From: Eledone cirrhosa
Taxonomy: Eukaryota
Reading direction: 5' to 3'
Assembly (NCBI GenBank): GCA_964016885.1
Contig: OZ024742.1
Span: forward strand, 199,640,001-199,704,000
DNA length: 64,000 bases
Shown: positions 41,529 to 57,209 of the stretch, piece after piece
Layout: every line of letters starts with the position of its first letter
How positions within the stretch are numbered: the stretch's first letter is position 1
Notes under the pieces: model-generated
Seen by the model: only the letters and a program-made list of their open reading frames with translations
Told to the model about the DNA's origin: nothing
The model's database searches: none
Translations under genes and position numbers: made by a program

Positions 41529-42173
41529 ATTGTGGTTGTATAGCCCACCCAGAAAGTCAAATTTGGGGATGTAGATCATTGATCAAAAGCCATACCTGCT
41601 GTGACAATAACGCCCCCCCCCCCACTTAAGAGTGTATCTTGAAGAACTCTATACCCATCTTAGTTTCCCCCTTTTTGAGACGGTTAGACGTAATTTGAGG
41701 AAGATTTAGTGGTTATTACTAGCAGGCAACATTGCTGGATAGTTTAGAAGTTTGTTAATCATAAGGTCGCGAGTTTGATTTTAACGCGTGGCATCTTGAG
41801 CAAATTCATATGTTAACCGGGCTGAGATTGACAACCTTAAAATACTCGCCCGAGACATATTTTAGAATAAACAAATACATAATAACTATCTGACAAGGTT
41901 GCACCAACTACATCATCGATACCACTGAAATGCGTATAACAGCAATTGAGAAGTTAATAAAATGATGTAAGATTCTAGAATGATGCCGTATTCTTCATTT
42001 TGATTGAAAAACACCGTCGTATATAAAACTTACATAACAGTGAGGAAACTATAGAATGTCGAGTGCTAAACCTGTTAGTTGATCAACTTGTACAACTGAG
42101 AAACAATTATCGATTGACAAATGGACCAAGTATATATATATATATACCCGGTCCATTAGTCAATCGATAATTG

Positions 42174-42257
<84 letters not shown>

Positions 42258-42345
42258 AATATATATATAAATATATATATATATATACATATAAATATAT
42301 ATATATATATATAAATATATATATATATAATGTAATTTATATATA

Positions 42346-43778
<1,433 letters not shown>

Positions 43779-43854
43779 TACTAGCTGGCCCGACTGGCTG
43801 GCGGCCGGCTACCATTGGGGTGTTCTACGACATCCAGATATATAGCCGCCTGTA

Positions 43855-44242
43855 TGGTATAGTATTACTGTTGAAAATATATAATATTTTATTACTGTTA
43901 AAAATATATAGTACAGTATTATATATAATATTATTATATATAATATATAATACGGTATTACTGTTGAAAATATATAGTACGGTATTACTGTTGAAAATAT
44001 ATAGTACAGTACAATATTCCTGTTGAAAATATATAGTATAGTATAGTATTACTGTTGAAAATATCTAGTACAGTATTACTGTTGAAAATATATAGTATAG
44101 TATTACTGTTGAAAATTTATTGTACAGTATTACTGTTGAAAATGTATAGTATAGTACAGTATTGCCGTTGAAAATATATAGTATAATATTACTGTTGAAA
44201 ACATATAGTAAAGTAGAGTATTACTGTTTAAAATATATAGTT
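43855..44242. repeat. ~27-32-bp minisatellite, probably internal to a Helitron-like element whose CTAG end is at 43781
   Basis: TATTACTGTTGAAAATATATAGTA(C/T)AG repeated; the motif resumes at ~45772. Confidence 0.85.
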
Positions 44243-44877
44243 CTAGCAGTGGTACCCGGCGTTGCACGGGATAAGGTATTTTGTAACGCGGGCCGCCAAC
44301 AGACCTAATCGTGGAAAAACTGCATGCCCGGACAATATGCAAAGAAAATTAACCGAATACTCTGATGGCTGGATAATCTTTAAAATTTTCCTCGATGAAG
44401 CAGGATAAAAGGCAGGTTTTCACTTAATGCGGGCCCTAGGTGATCAAGAAATAGAATTTTTTTTATGTGTATAATATTTCTTGAAATTTCGGGAAAATCG
44501 GCTAGACGTAACGCCTCAAAAAAGCCCTAAAAAGCTGAAAAAATGAAGTTTTTCACCTAATGCGAGCCCTAGGCCATAAAAAAGTTGGATTTTCTTTGCT
44601 CACAGTATGCAGAAGTGACTGACAAAATAGATAGTTACAATTTCAAAAAAAAATCATCAAAAGCTGAAAAACGCAGTTTTTCACCTAATGCCGGCCCCAG
44701 GGTATAAAAAAGTTGAATTATGTGCATAACACTTCCTGAAAGATAAGTAATACACATGTAAAGTTTGAAAAAAATCGGTTGGATAGTTCTCGAGTTTTAA
44801 GGATTCAAACTCACAGACACACACACATACACACACACGCACACACACACAGACAGACATCCTCAGTTTTATATATA
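44243..44877 (-). mobile_element. Helitron family HA copy
   Basis: CTAGCAGTGGTACCCGGCGTTGCACGGG is the reverse complement of a hairpin + CTAG end; homologous to 28942-29693. Confidence 0.75.
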
Positions 44878-45771
<894 letters not shown>

Positions 45772-46209
45772 TAGTACAGTATTACATTTGAAACTGTTGA
45801 AAATATGTACACGAATATATAATTATATATATATATAATTAATTAAACGTTGGTTAGAAGCGAAGTCAATGCAGACAGGCAGACATACAGACAATAAGCG
45901 CGCGACGTTATAGCTCTGTATCCATCTAAAAAGACAGAGTAAGAAAGAGAGAGGAATGTCGTATTATATATATATTATATATAATAAAGTACCACTAATG
46001 TACTGGAATAATTGCTGGCCTTGTGCCAAAAGTAGAAATAATTATACTTCTTTTCTATACAACTGTAAATAACATGTTTATATAAGTATATATACGTATA
46101 TATACGTATATATACATACATATATGTATATAGGAATGCTGTAAGAAAGTATATAAATTAAACTGTCTCTTATCTATGATACTAACATTATATATATATA
46201 TACACACAC

Positions 46210-46233
<24 letters not shown>

Positions 46234-46241
<8 letters not shown>

Positions 46242-46786
46242 TATTGAAGTTTGCTTGAAGCATTGTGGAATAATAAGTAAATATCTTTAAGTCGTTTGGA
46301 AGCCTCGACAATGCAAATGGGTAAATCTCCGGGTGACAAGATCCGGTGATGGAGAGAGAGATGTAAGTGGGTGTACATTGAGATGCGTGGTGTGTATGAG
46401 ACGTGTAGAAGAATGAAGGAAAGAGTATAAAGGATAAAATAAAAATAACAACACGAGAGAGAGTTACCTTGGGAGAGATTTAATAGTCCCTATATATTTC
46501 GGATTCACATCCATCAACTGGGGGTTTTTCCGGAAAAAACCCCAGTTGATGGATGTGAATCCGAAATATATAGGGACTATTAAATCTCTCCCAAGGTAAC
46601 TCTCTCTCGTGTTGTTATTTTTATTTTATCCTTTATACTCTTTCCTTCATTCTTCTACATATCTCATACACACCACGCATCTCAACGTACACCCACTTAC
46701 ATCTCTCTCTCCACCACCGGATCTTGTTACCCGGAGATTTACCCATTTGCATTGTCGAGGCTTCCAAACGACTTAAAGATATTTAC
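46234..46786. mobile_element. ~510-bp spacerless palindrome (family R7) with variant HHR
   Basis: Arms 46277-46530 / 46531-46786, centre TTCC|GGAA; CCC CAGTTGA T GGAT(gtga)ATCC GAAA TATA TA GGG; ~43-bp tail on the left; (TA)n flanks. Confidence 0.85.
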
Positions 46787-46840
46787 ATATATATATATAT
46801 ATGAAATATAAGAATCAAAGAACTGTTCAAAACATTATTG

Positions 46841-46887
46841 TGCTTACAGCTGTTTCCTCCAAACCGAGGTTTGGATTCTTCGGAGCA
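46841..46887 (-). ncRNA. hammerhead motif (family R8), CCGAAGA core
   Basis: TGCT CCGAAGA A TCCAAAC(ctcg)GTTTGGA G GAAA CAGCTG TA AGCA. Confidence 0.7.
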
Positions 46888-46972
46888 ATTTATTAATGCA
46901 TGGACAGTTATATGACCTCCTTTTCAGCCGATTAAGGTTTTGTGTTTACATAACCATAAATAGTATAACTAA

Positions 46973-47018
<46 letters not shown>

Positions 47019-47023
<5 letters not shown>

Positions 47024-47615
47024 AAATAGAGGTTGGTACTGGCACATGGAATATATAAGAGACAGAATACTTTTTTGTGAAAAAACATAATTTTATAAGG
47101 TAAGGAAATAATAAAGGGTATAAAAAATGACCGGTTTCGATGGGTCTGCAAAAGCCATCTTTTCAAATGTTGATTAATATTAAGAAAAATTAATAATACG
47201 AAGAGTTAAAATTTGAGACTTGAAAATTCAAGTATAAAATTCATTGTGGGATTTCATAGCAGTTTTCATCTAGGTAGCAACAACAGGTTGACTGCTGTGT
47301 CCCTTTCTGGTAGTGAATGAGAAGTTATTTGGGGTGTGGGTTATTTTATAAAGGTCAGATTTAGCAATCGCCAGCTGCTGGTCAGTGAGGGGGTGGAAGC
47401 AATATACATACACATATCTTCCTGTGATGGGTAGGAGAGTGGAGCGTGATAGAAAAGGATTTAGTGCACTTACACCTATATATACACACATACCTTCATC
47501 CACACATACATACATATACATATACATATATATATATATATATATACATATACACACATACATACACACACACATACATATACATACACACATACACACA
47601 CATATATATACACAT

Positions 47616-47666
<51 letters not shown>

Positions 47667-47697
47667 TATATATACATACACATACATCCAGATACAC

Positions 47698-47778
<81 letters not shown>

Positions 47779-49234
47779 CCCCCCCCACACATACATACAC
47801 ACACACATATATATATACATACACACATACAAACATACACACACACACACACACATATATATACACACATACACACACATATATATACACACACACACAC
47901 ACACGCATATATATATATATATACACATACGCATACATCCAGATACCCACATACATACACACACACACACACACACACGCACACACAATACATACATCCA
48001 CATGCACACACATACTCACACACACACACACACACATACATACACCCACACACAGAGAAATGGCCTTCAAATATATATATATATATATACATACAGACAC
48101 ATATATTTTTTCCATAATATAAGAAGTTGGGGCAGTGAAATTAAAATACAAGTCATTCTGATCACATTGAGTTCTTCATGTAGATTGGGCCCCGCAACCG
48201 ACAGTGGTGAATTCTGTGTGCGCATATATATATAGATATATGTGTGTGCACGTGCAGGGTTTAACATGGATGTGTTGGTCACACAAAGGCATGGTCTGTC
48301 AATGAATAAACCTGATTCTACAGAATTGGTCTCTGGTCTTTAATAGTAGTGATTCCGTGCGTATGTGTGTTTATATTTTATGACAATTCTATTGGGGTGA
48401 TAACCCGTTTAGTTTTGGTTTAAATTTGTTAAGGAATAGATTTTCTTTGTTTATTCTTTGTTGTTGTGTGAACGAATCTGAGCACAGATTTTCTTTGTTT
48501 ATTCTTTGTTGTTGTGTGAACGAATCTGTGCTCCGATTCGTTCACACAACAACAAAGAATAAACAAAGAAAATCTATTCCTTAACAAATTTAAACCAAAA
48601 CTAAACGGGTTATCACCCCAATAGAATTGTCATAAAATATAAACACACATACGCACGGAATCACTACTATTAAAGACCAGAGACCAATTCTGTAGAATCA
48701 GGTTTATTCATTGACAGACCATGCCTTTGTGTGACCAACACATCCATGTTAAACCCTGCACGTGCACACACATATATCTATATATATATGCGCACACAGA
48801 ATTCACCACTGTCGGTTGCGGGGCCCAATCTACATGAAGAACTCAATGTGATCAGAATGACTTGTATTTTAATTTCACTGCCCCAACTTCTTATATTATG
48901 GAAAAAATATATGTGTCTGTATGTATATATATATATATATATATTTGAAGGCCATTTCTCTGTGTGTGGGTGTATGTATGTGTGTGTGTGTGTGTGTGAG
49001 TATGTGTGTGCATGTGGATGTATGTATTGTGTGTGCGTGTGTGTGTGTGTGTGTGTGTATGTATGTGGGTATCTGGATGTATGCGTATGTGTATATATAT
49101 ATATATATGCGTGTGTGTGTGTGTGTGTGTATATATATGTGTGTGTATGTGTGTATATATATGTGTGTGTGTGTGTGTGTATGTTTGTATGTGTGTATGT
49201 ATATATATATGTGTGTGTGTATGTATGTGTGGGG

Positions 49235-49288
<54 letters not shown>

Positions 49289-49355
49289 ATATATATATAT
49301 GTGTGTGTGTGTGTATGTGTGTATGTATATGTATGTGTGTGTGTATGTATGTGTG

Positions 49356-49404
<49 letters not shown>

Positions 49405-49936
49405 GTATATGTATGTATGTGTGGATGAAGGTATGTGTGTATATATAGGTGTAAGTGCACTAAATCCTTTTCTATCACGCTCCACTCTCCTACCCATCAC
49501 AGGAAGATATGTGTATGTATATTGCTTCCACCCCCTCACTGACCAGCAGCTGGCGATTGCTAAATCTGACCTTTATAAAATAACCCACACCCCAAATAAC
49601 TTCTCATTCACTACCAGAAAGGGACACAGCAGTCAACCTGTTGTTGCTACCTAGATGAAAACTGCTATGAAATCCCACAATGAATTTTATACTTGAATTT
49701 TCAAGTCTCAAATTTTAACTCTTCGTATTATTAATTTTTCTTAATATTAATCAACATTTGAAAAGATGGCTTTTGCAGACCCATCGAAACCGGTCATTTT
49801 TTATACCCTTTATTATTTCCTTACCTTATAAAATTATGTTTTTTCACAAAAAAGTATTCTGTCTCTTATATATTCCATGTGCCATTACCAACCTCAATTT
49901 TCTCTATAACCTTCGTTTTGTGTAGAAAATTACACT

Positions 49937-49940
<4 letters not shown>
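47019..49940 (+). mobile_element. ~2.9-kb palindrome: severely 5'-truncated Penelope-like element (second family) with fully inverted copy
   Basis: Arms ~47019-48490 / 48523-49905; the right arm starts with a GIY-YIG-type C-terminus SDSFTQQQRINKENLFLNKFKPKLNGLSPQ* (48532-48624); HHR near the end; ~35-bp tail then (AT)n. Confidence 0.85.
49753..49800 (+). ncRNA. hammerhead motif, U3-A8 variant (mirror copy ~47124-47171 -)
   Basis: AACAT TTGAAAA GATGG(11 nt)CCATC GAAA CCGG TC ATTTT. Confidence 0.65.
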
Positions 49941-49999
<59 letters not shown>

Positions 50000-50038
50000 A
50001 TATTAACAAATGGAAACTATATTTATAAAACCATATTT

Positions 50039-50101
50039 ATTTTATTATACATATTTCAAGGACACCACGTTAAATTATGGTGTGCTTTCATCAGACAAAA
50101 T
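50039..50101 (-). ncRNA. hammerhead motif, R3-related
   Basis: ATTTTGT CTGATGA AAGcACACCA(10 nt)TGGTGTcCTT GAAA TATGTA TA ATAAAAT. Confidence 0.75.
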
Positions 50102-50148
50102 ACAATATAGATCAGTTTTATAAATAAATATTGACATACCCTTAAAAA

Positions 50149-50225
50149 ATGCAACCATTACTGTTGGAAGCTCCCGGATAGTATCCGGGATACTATCCGG
50201 GAGCTTCCAACAGTAATCGTTGCAT
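50149..50225. repeat. 77-bp near-perfect palindrome
   Basis: ATGCAACCATTACTGTTGGAAGCTCCCGGATAGTATCC g GGATACTATCCGGGAGCTTCCAACAGTAATCGTTGCAT. Confidence 0.9.
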
Positions 50226-50332
50226 CTTTAAATGTGAATCTTTAAATAAGAAATAAAATTTATTTAATCAAAAGCTACGAAATTTAGCAGATAAATTGTG
50301 TAATATTCATTCATTATTTATTCAAAGTAAAT

Positions 50333-50520
50333 GGCGGTGGATTGGCAGTATCGGTAGAGGGTCAGACACCATGCTTTCCAGCATAGTTACGTCCCTTTAC
50401 GATCTGAGTTCAAATCCCGCCGAGGTTGACTTTGCCTTTCATCCTTACGGGGTCGATAAAATAAAGTACCAGTAATGCACTGGTTAATTGCTGGCCTTGT
50501 GCCTAAAGTAGAAACAATTA
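50333..50520 (+). mobile_element. S1 SINE with 18-bp TSD
   Basis: TSD ATTATTTATTCAAAGTAA at 50313 and 50517. Confidence 0.9.
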
Positions 50521-50621
50521 TTTATTCAAAGTAATCCAACTTATTTTATAAACGGGATAAAAAAAATTGTATTCTGGATGTAGTCCCGCACTCCTTTCTT
50601 TATTATAGTTAATATATATAT

Positions 50622-50663
<42 letters not shown>

Positions 50664-50864
50664 AGGATGGATTCAGTTTGAAAATGTTTAGATCATTACT
50701 CGACAGAGTACTTGATACTTGGGCTAGTAGAGTATGGTTATATTATAAAGAGTCGGGACCCGATGGTTGGGCTCTTGTCGTTTCAACAGCTAGTTCTAAC
50801 TGTTGAAACGGCAAGAGCACAGCGTCCGGTCCTGAAACATTATAATATATTATTATATATATAA

Positions 50865-51056
50865 AGGCGGTGAATTGGCAGAATTGGTAGAGGGTTGGAC
50901 AACATGCTTTGCAGCATAGAGTTACGACCCTTTACGTTCTGAGTTCAAATCCCACCGAGGTTAACTTTGCCTTTCATCATTACGGAGTAGATAAAATAAA
51001 GTATCAGTAATTCACTAGGATAATTGGTGGCCTTGTGCCAAAAGTAGAAACAATTA
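50865..51056 (+). mobile_element. S1 SINE
   Basis: Full head, core and AGAAACAATTA end. Confidence 0.88.
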
Positions 51057-51143
51057 TAATATATATATATATATATAAACATACATTTGCTAAAATACGC
51101 GCAATCATGATTCGATACGAGGCTGTAGTAAAAAACAGTGACT

Positions 51144-51354
51144 AAAATGCCACGCAGTACATCAAACGAAGGTTACTGAGCAAGCAGACTTCTTAATCAT
51201 TCAACCATGCATGTGTTCAGGGTGACTATGTACATAGAGCTCGTAATATCATTGGCTCATAATATAGCATTAAGACGTTGATGTAAGTTCCTGAATGTTT
51301 TTATAGTTCCTCTGTACTTAATGTTACTAAGAGTTCGATGTCCCCCATCTCTGC

Positions 51355-51386
<32 letters not shown>

Positions 51387-51626
51387 TTATAGAGTTCATC
51401 TGTACTTAATGGGAGATGGGGTGGGGGGACATCGAACTCTTAGTAACATTAAGTACAGAGGAACTATAAAAACATTCAGGAACTTACATCAACGTCTTAA
51501 TGCTATATTACGAGCCAATGATATTACGAGCTCTATGTACATAGTCACCCTGAACACATGCATGGCTGAATGATTAAAAAGTCTGCTTGCTCAGTAACCT
51601 TCGTTTGATGTACTGCGTGGCATTTT
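51144..51626. repeat. ~200-bp inverted duplication abutting R1 copy 2
   Basis: 51144-51346 is the reverse complement of 51425-51626. Confidence 0.9.
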
Positions 51627-52142
51627 TACAAACAAACCGAACATTATAATAAATGTTCGGTAAACCCATACGTACATATATATATGTGTGCATGTATGTA
51701 TATATATACATACTACTGTACGTCTGTACACATATATGTATGTACGTATACATATTTATATTTAGAGTGAGAAATGAAATTTCGTTTCATTCTTATCCAT
51801 TTATCGTTTTCGGTGCGCCCGGCCGACTAACTCACTCGATATGCAAATTAGGCTGCTCAACCGTTAACATGCATAAGGAAAGTATATACTTTCAAACGTT
51901 CAATCATCTGACAGAAAGGTATACGATGCTGACGATAGCTAATAAGCTTGAAACTAGTACATCGTTCCTGCGTCAGTATTGAACAAAAGGGCGACGATGG
52001 CTGCCGAGCACTGTACGGCGTAATTCGAGCTGTTTGTTTACAAACAAACCGAACATTATAATAAATGTTCGGTAAACCCATACGTACATATATATATGTG
52101 TGCATGTATGTATATACATACATACTACTGTACGTATACATA

Positions 52143-52148
<6 letters not shown>
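51627..52148 (+). mobile_element. HHR element family R1, copy 2 (HHR at 51923-51965)
   Basis: 411-bp period terminal direct repeat; ACGATG CTGACGA T AGCT(aata)AGCT T GAAA CTAG TA CATCGT; ends in (TA)n. Confidence 0.82.
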
Positions 52149-52236
<88 letters not shown>

Positions 52237-52392
52237 CAAAAGGGATATTCAATTTGTTGGTAATTCAACAAATATAAATGTTTATAACTGATTCAGAGCA
52301 CTTGACAGTGTCTGGTGTATAATATTCAATGATATTAAATAAATGGAAACTATATTTATAAAACCATATTTATTCTATTATATATATTTCAA

Positions 52393-52585
52393 GCGGTGGT
52401 GGATTGGCAGTATCGGTAGAGGGTCGGGCGCCATGCTTTGAAACATAGAGTTACCTCCCTTTATGATCTGAGTTCAAATCCCGCCGAGGTTAACTTTGCC
52501 TTTCTTCCTTACAGGGTTGATAAAATGAAGTACCAGTAATACACTGGAATAATTGCTGGCCTTGTGCCAAAAGTAGAAACAATTA
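52393..52585 (+). mobile_element. S1 SINE inserted into an R3-type HHR element
   Basis: 19-bp TSD ATTATATATATTTCAAGCG at 52377 and 52582. Confidence 0.9.
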
Positions 52586-52637
52586 TATATATTTCAAGCG
52601 TACCAATACTTTGGTACGCTCTCATCAGATAAAATAC
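52582..52637 (-). ncRNA. hammerhead motif, R3-related
   Basis: ATTTTAT CTGATGA G AGCGTACCAA(agta)TTGGTACGCT T GAAA TATATA TA AT. Confidence 0.75.
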
Positions 52638-52898
52638 AAAGTTTGTTTTATAAATTTTGACATAACCAAGAAAAGATACCTTAACGGTTCAAGTTTTTCT
52701 TGGATAGTGAAGGAAAAGAGAAGAAAAGTCAGATATTTCAAATTATTAAGATGAGTATGCAAATGAGGTTGAGGTATAGGGCTGAAAAAACGTTATTTTT
52801 AGACGCTATTCAAAATTGAAATAATTAGGATATATGTATGTATGAGTAGGAAGAAGAAAAAAAGAAAGAAGAGCCTGTATTTACGTTAATTTAAAAGG

Positions 52899-52949
<51 letters not shown>

Positions 52950-52954
<5 letters not shown>

Positions 52955-55900
52955 ATACTTTGGGAGGGTCATGTTGCCAATAAGAAACACACGCACCAGT
53001 TGCTTTCACTTCAATTTATTATAATAAATTTATTAATTTCCGGTTGGTTAGTTGGTTCCACAACCAGATGATTGTTTATATATTGTCAAAGTTCTTTCGT
53101 CACACATTTTGTGACCTCTTCAGTGACTGGGGATTCTTTTCTTTGTTTTTGTGCCTCTCCTTTGTTCTGTCCCACGCCATCTTGTTTTTGTGTGTGTTGT
53201 GTGCTTAGTTTGCGCATGTGTTACATCCGGGTGTCTGTGTGTGTTTATACTTGTTTATTTATTTGTTTATTTACATGTTACTGGTTGGTTGTTTGTTCTA
53301 TGTGCGTGTGTGTTTTCATTTTGTTCTTAATTGTAAGTTGTGATGTTGCTGTTCCATTCATGTTTTCTATTTAATTTAGATTGGAGTTCATTTATGTTTA
53401 TTGCCTCTGTGATTTGTCTAAACATTGCGTCTTTTCTGTGTGTAGATTCTATTTTTATTTCTATGTTCTCTAATTTACCCTTATGTTCTATTTTAGCATG
53501 TTGGTAGAGTACAGATAATTCTTTACTATCTTGAAGGTCTCGCCAGTGTTCAATTATCCGTTCCCCTATACTACGAGCTGTCTCACCTATGTACACTATA
53601 TTCTTATCTCTACATTGTCCTTCAGTACATCTTATGCTATCTACTACATTTCTAGTTTTACAGTTAATATAGGGGCTTAATTTACAGATTATACATTTCT
53701 TATCTATAAAGGGAGGTCTTTGAAAAGGGTATGTATTGCTAATAAGTGTTTTTATGGAGGTACCTGGTCTTTCTACTATCTTAATATTGAGTTTATGTTT
53801 ATCTAGGGCCCTTCTAAATTTGTAAGCTAATTCACCTCTAGGGGTTGTATCGATGAACATTACACTCTGGTATTTATTGCTATCATACCATGAGTTTATT
53901 GTATTAACCTTATTCCTAGTTCTTTCTATTCTATTCCAAAATTTGCTCCTATACAAGGGGCAGGTTCCATTTGTGTCATTATTTACCACTTTTTCCCATT
54001 TGGTTCTGGCTCCTCTATATACTCGGATTTTATCTCTCTGATTGTAACTAGAAAACTGCATACGGTCGATGAAGTGTTGTATGTGTCTCTCTAGTTCTTT
54101 GGGGTTACACATGCGAGACATGTTTCTCATCACCCGTACCAAATCTGCAATCAGTATGTTGATTTTGGTATGGTCCGAAACAGCTGAGTTTCGGTGGATC
54201 AGATGTTTGGAAGTCATGGGTTTGGCATAATTGGAATGGAGGATTTGTTATTTGTTATTAATGGTATCTAACCAGAGCTCTGTGTCTAGTACAGGTAATC
54301 GATGGTTGGGGTGTTTGCTTGGGTAGTCTATAGTAACCCTAATACTCTGGTGGGTGGAGTTAGCTATTTGCAGGATGCTTTCCATGGTGTTTTAATCTAA
54401 TTCCTGACTGTTCTCTAGTGGGGGTGTTTTTACTACGATGTTTATATCATCAACGTAGCGGGAGTACATTATCAGGGTTAAGGGGTTTCTGTCTTCTAAT
54501 TGTTCTTTAAGTTTAAGTTTAAGTCTATTGTCGCACCATACCATGAATAGGTTAGCTATGTCACCTACAATACTAACACCAATGGCTGCTCCCCCCTCTT
54601 GGGCATATGTATTTCCATTAAATTTGAACATATGTTCCTTAAGGGTTAATTTTATGCTGGCCTCCACCGCATGTGCAATCTTTTCTTTAGTTCATCGTGG
54701 TTTTCGGGTGTCCGTATGGCTCTGGTCCACCCGTTCCATCTATCTGTGTGGGTTTTCTTGGCCATTGAGGTAATGGTAGGTGGTCTGCCTCTTGCGGGTC
54801 TTGTAGGGCACAGGTTGCTAGGGCCATATGTATCTAGATAATCATTACTATAGGTAAGTTTAAGTAGGAGTCCCAGCTCACTGGTATCAATCCCACGGAA
54901 TTCAACATTGCTCTCACTGATCATTTCTACGCATTTCTCCACAGCAAAATCCACGTCAATAGATGGATACAGGGACACAACATCCATACTACCTATTATG
55001 CAGTTTGTTAGGTCCCTAGATCGGTTACTCTAGCCGATTCTGCTGAGGAGGTGCTCCGTGCTGTCACATATATCTGGGGATGTTTCAATGATGGGGCGTA
55101 TGATCAGGGAGAGGAAGTAGGAAAGTCTGTAGTTACTAGCAATGTTAGCTCCACAGACTGGCCGTGTTGGTGGTCCTGTGACAAGGTCACTGCTCGTTTT
55201 ATGGTCCTTTCCAGGCCTGGAGGTTGTTGGCAGTCCTTTTGTTGGGCTGCATTATATTTGTCCACATCACCATATGGGCATTGAGGGCTTTTTCCCTATC
55301 CTCATGCTCTTGTGGTGTTACTTCTCTTGTGTTAGTGATGTGGGGTTGCATTGCCTGGATGTAGTTTGACAGACTGTCAACCGACATTCTGCCAGACTTG
55401 TCTGTTGGAAAGCATGCAATCTCTCCATTACGCGAGCGCTGCCTGAGCTTACGCAAGCCATTTGCAGATTTTTCTCCCTGTTGCTGGGCCTCCATTCTAT
55501 TATGCTTCTTGCTATACTGTTCTATAATATTTCTAAGTTTAGATCTAGCTATACTAAATTGTGCTTCTGTTTGTTCATCGCCCTGCGACGGCAATTGCGT
55601 GCGTTTGTTAAAAGCTAAAGTCGTGACGTGGATTCGTCGCAGGTCGAACGACTTATCGGAAGGATTATAAAAAGTAGATTTCCAAGCTGCTGCTTTATGT
55701 GTACTAATGCTATAACTAATGTTATTGTTAGTTTTGTTGTTTCTATTTCTATTTCCACCAACAGCCTCATGGTTGTTTCTATGTCTCTCATTATTACTCC
55801 TGTCTCTTTCCTCTGGCTCATTGTTATTATCTACTCTATTTTGTGTGTCTGTGTGTTCGTCCTGGTTATTTTCTCTGTCCATAGTCTCCCTTCTCCTTTC

Positions 55901-57209
55901 AATCCTATTACCTTCCCTTATTTCTGTGCTACTGTCATTACCTGTTTTTTGTGTCTGTGTGTTTGTTAAGATTGTGGTGGTGGTGAGAGGCATAGAATGT
56001 GTGTGTGTTGTTGTTGTTGTTGTTGATGTGTGTTGCTGTTGTCGATGTGTGTTGTTGTTGTTGTCTCCGCGTATGTTATTATTGTTGTGTGTTGTTATTG
56101 TTGTTTGTGTCTACGTGTCTGTTGTTGTTGTTTCTGAGTATGTTATTATTGTTGATGTGTGTGTTGTTGTTATCGTTGTTTGTGCCTGTGTGTCTGTTGT
56201 TGTTGGGATGTGTATTGTATGTGTGTGTGTGCGTATGTTGTTACTTTTGTTTTTGTTTTTGAGGCTCCAACGTAATTTTGTCAATGACTTTTCTATTTCT
56301 GACAAGCATTTTATCATATTTACCTTATTATATGTGGCATATTTAGGTGGTACCTGTAATATTGATAATTCATCAGAGTTGACCGTAGTATTGCCGTATA
56401 TATTTGTGTTGTTGTTGTTGAATTCATCTGTTAATGAGATGTCGGCCATATTTATACCGTCAATTTTGTCGGGATATCTATCGATATTCTCTAAAGTATC
56501 TTGATTTAGTTTTATCTGTTTGAGCCACTTTAGTTTCTTGTTAAAGTGCTTGTTACATTCTTGAACAATGTACTTTTCTTCAAGATATATAAGGTTTATA
56601 AATATTAATTTTTCTCTTGGTGTTCTATAAAAATAGAATTTACACACAGAAAAGACGCAATGTTTAGACAAATCACAGAGGCAATAAACATAAATGAACT
56701 CCAACCAAAATTAAATAGAAAACATGAATGGAACAGCAACATCACAACTTACAATTAAGGACAAAATGAAAACACACACGCACATAGAACAAACAACCAA
56801 CCAGTAACATGTAAATAAACAAATAAATAAACAAGTATAAACACACACAGACACCCGGATGTAACACATGCGCAAACTAAGCACACAACACACACAAAAA
56901 CAAGATGGCGTAGGACAGAACAAAGGAGGGCACAAACAAAAACAAAGAAAAGAATATCCAGTCACCGAAGAGGTCACAGAATGTGTGACGAAAGAACTTT
57001 GACAATATATAAACAATCATCTGGTTGTGGAACCAACCAACCAACCGGAAATTTATAAATTCCTAAATTTATAAATTTATTATAATAAATTGAAGTGAAA
57101 GCAACTGGTGCGTGTGTTTCTTATTGGCAACATGACCCTCCCAAAGTATAACAATATAGGTTTCAACACACGTTTTCAGATAAAGAATCTTGCTAAACAA
57201 ATTCAGAAA

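Noticed and set aside
41885-41945. Additional HHR (CTGACAA..GAAATGCGTA)
   Set aside because: Core mismatch and no clear stem I; too weak to call.
47270-49654. Long YI/CV/HT-rich ORFs here and throughout the window
   Set aside because: Stop-free dinucleotide repeats.
53327-56626. Selenocysteine (TGA) recoding as in some Penelope clades
   Set aside because: The interruptions I checked are frameshifts, deletions or TAG, and copy 1 has no in-frame TGA.
56111-56704. 197-aa ORF as an independent gene
   Set aside because: Chimeric: its first ~26 codons are antisense of the inverted ORF end and the rest is Penelope N-terminus.
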